In this document: positions 53,358 through 55,008 of the stretch, piece after piece | Position numbering within the stretch: position 1 is the first letter of the stretch | Layout: each line of letters begins with the position of its first letter | Source: Alphaproteobacteria bacterium | Lineage (GTDB): Bacteria > Pseudomonadota > Alphaproteobacteria > UBA6615 | NCBI GenBank assembly: GCA_965261975.1 | Contig: CBDHEC010000026.1 | Coordinates: 1-55,008 of the forward strand | DNA length: 55,008 bases | Direction: 5' to 3' | Program-made: the position numbers and the translations under genes | The notes under the pieces: generated by a model | Told to the model about the DNA's origin: nothing | Seen by the model: only the letters and a program-made list of their open reading frames with translations | Databases searched by the model: none

Positions 53358-55007
53358 CTATTGCCCGAGCCGCTCGAGGATTTCGTCGACATGGACCTGG
53401 TCGGCCTTGTAGTTGCCTGTCAACGCGTACATCACCAGGTTGACCCCGAACCGGAAGGCGAGCTCGCGTTGGCGCGCACTGCCGGGCATGACCGGGAACA
53501 TCGGGCGGCCCGTGGCGTCGATGGCCCAGGCGCCGGCGAAATCGTTGGCGCCGATGATCACGGACGACACGCCGTCATTCACCCGCTCATCGGGCTGCTG
53601 GACGAACAGGCGTCCGCCCTCCCAGCGTCCGGGGAACTCGTGCAGCAGGTAGAAGGCTTTGGTCAAGACATGCCCCGGCGGGATCTCCAGCAGCGCCGGG
53701 ATATCCAGGCCTTCGACCGTGGCGCGCAATATCCGGGTGCCCGGGCCGACGCCGCCGATCCCGGACAGATTCTGATCCCGAGTGTCGAAGAGAATCGTGC
53801 CCCCATTGCGCAGGAAGGCATTGATGCGCGCGCGCGCGCCGTCGGAGAGGGGTGCCTGACGTTCAGTCATCGGCCAGTAGATCAGGGGGAAGAAGGCTAG
53901 TTCGTCCCGCTCCACATCCAGGCCGATGGGCGCGCCGGGGACGACCGAGGTCCGCCGCGCGAGAATTTGCCCCAGCCCGGCCAGTCCGGCCCGGCTCGTC
54001 TCGTCGATCTTCGTATCGCCGGTCAGGACGTAGCCGAGGCGTGTGTCCTTTGTCGCCTCGAGGGCGAACTGATCGCTCGATTGCGCCCAGCCTTGTGTCG
54101 GGCTGGCGCCAAGCAGACCACCGGCCAGCGCCAGGCATATTGCCGTTGTGGCGGCGGCCCGCGACAAACGCGGGGTAAGACCGCGCAGGATCAGCGAAAT
54201 GATGAAGTCGGCCAGCAGCAACCCGAAGGCCGCAACGAGGAACCAGACGCGAAGCTCGCGCTGCAGCGCTGGTCCGTAGGCCGCGGTCTCGACTCCCGGC
54301 GCATGTGTATCGAACAATCGTGGTGCCAGGCTTGGACCCAGATTGACCGCCCGGCGTGATTGCGCGAGGCCGTAAAACCCGGGTGGTGTTTGCGGGCCGG
54401 GCGTTACGTTATCGCCCACGCCGGCTGGCAGCGGCCGGCTCGTGCTGGCCGGTTCGGATAGCTGGCCGAAACCGTCCAATGTTGAAAGTGGCGGGAGCGG
54501 GCGCGTGGCGATGCTGTCGACGGCAACGCCCTGGCTCAATGCGACGAGGCGCCGGAGCATATCGACATACAGGCCCGAAAAGGCGAGGGAGGACCATTCG
54601 GCGTTGGCCGTGGTGTGAAACAGAACGAGCCAGCCATCGGCGCGTCTCTCGCCTGTGACCAGCGGGGTTCCGTCTTCCAGCCGTCCCCAGGTTTTCGATG
54701 CCAGTTCGGGTGACGGTTGTGCGAGGACCTGGCGTCTGACGATGATTTCATCCGACGGAACCAGGCCGGCGAAGGGCGATGTTTCCTCGAATGCGGCCAA
54801 CCTGGAGGGCTGCTCCCAGCTCATCACGCCGCCGAACACCCGGCCGCCACGCCGGAGGTCGACCGGCAGCAGCCGGTCGCTGCCATCCGCCAGGTTGGGG
54901 CCGGCAAAACGAACCAGCACACCGCCATCCGCGATCCAGGTTTCGAGGCGGCTGATTTCGGTTTCGGTGAGGGTGCCGATATCGGAGAGAATCATCACCG
55001 CGAGGCG
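53358..55007 (-). CDS. DUF4159 domain protein (5' end outside the window)
   Basis: GGVLVRFAGP, ELAFFPLIYWP, GGTILFDTRD and RFGVNLVMYALTGNYKADQVH; frame open to the window edge. Confidence 0.85.
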   Translation of the reverse strand, partial: RLAVMILSDIGTLTETEISRLETWIADGGVLVRFAGPNLADGSDRLLPVDLRRGGRVFGGVMSWEQPSRLAAFEETSPFAGLVPSDEIIVRRQVLAQPSPELASKTWGRLEDGTPLVTGERRADGWLVLFHTTANAEWSSLAFSGLYVDMLRRLVALSQGVAVDSIATRPLPPLSTLDGFGQLSEPASTSRPLPAGVGDNVTPGPQTPPGFYGLAQSRRAVNLGPSLAPRLFDTHAPGVETAAYGPALQRELRVWFLVAAFGLLLADFIISLILRGLTPRLSRAAATTAICLALAGGLLGASPTQGWAQSSDQFALEATKDTRLGYVLTGDTKIDETSRAGLAGLGQILARRTSVVPGAPIGLDVERDELAFFPLIYWPMTERQAPLSDGARARINAFLRNGGTILFDTRDQNLSGIGGVGPGTRILRATVEGLDIPALLEIPPGHVLTKAFYLLHEFPGRWEGGRLFVQQPDERVNDGVSSVIIGANDFAGAWAIDATGRPMFPVMPGSARQRELAFRFGVNLVMYALTGNYKADQVHVDEILERLGQ

Positions 55008-55008
55008 G

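Overview
A GC-rich alphaproteobacterial chromosome segment (Rhodospirillales-like by gene order; inferred) made mostly of conserved housekeeping genes. In order: the end of the cox operon (ctaG, ctaE, DUF983, SURF1) with M32 peptidase, thrC, M16 peptidase and RimJ; an MFS transporter; yqgE/dsbD/peroxiredoxin; ispH-thrB-rnhA; a tandem glycine riboswitch ahead of gcvT-H-PA-PB; the F0 ATP synthase operon; smc-dsbA-DUF721-mutY-ccrM-rnhB; a CPA2 antiporter; a LexA-boxed PA0069 radical SAM gene; moaB, slt, udg, etfQO, TPR, ispE; a PodJ-like locus; gmd; tRNA-Gln; a glutathione/quinone stress cluster; and the end of a DUF4159-type operon. I found no mobile element, CRISPR array or defence island. The best candidate for something undescribed is an apparently split PodJ polarity scaffold. 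One gene encodes a small PodJ-N-motif coiled-coil protein ending in a MinD-like amphipathic tail. A separate gene encodes a TM/SEL1/peptidoglycan-binding protein, and the two share a coiled-coil motif. They are preceded by a ~700 bp non-coding region with a long-range inverted repeat. The sequence has insertion-type errors (dense in gcvH/gcvPA, single ones in dsbD and the small PodJ-like gene), so frameshifts need checking against reads.
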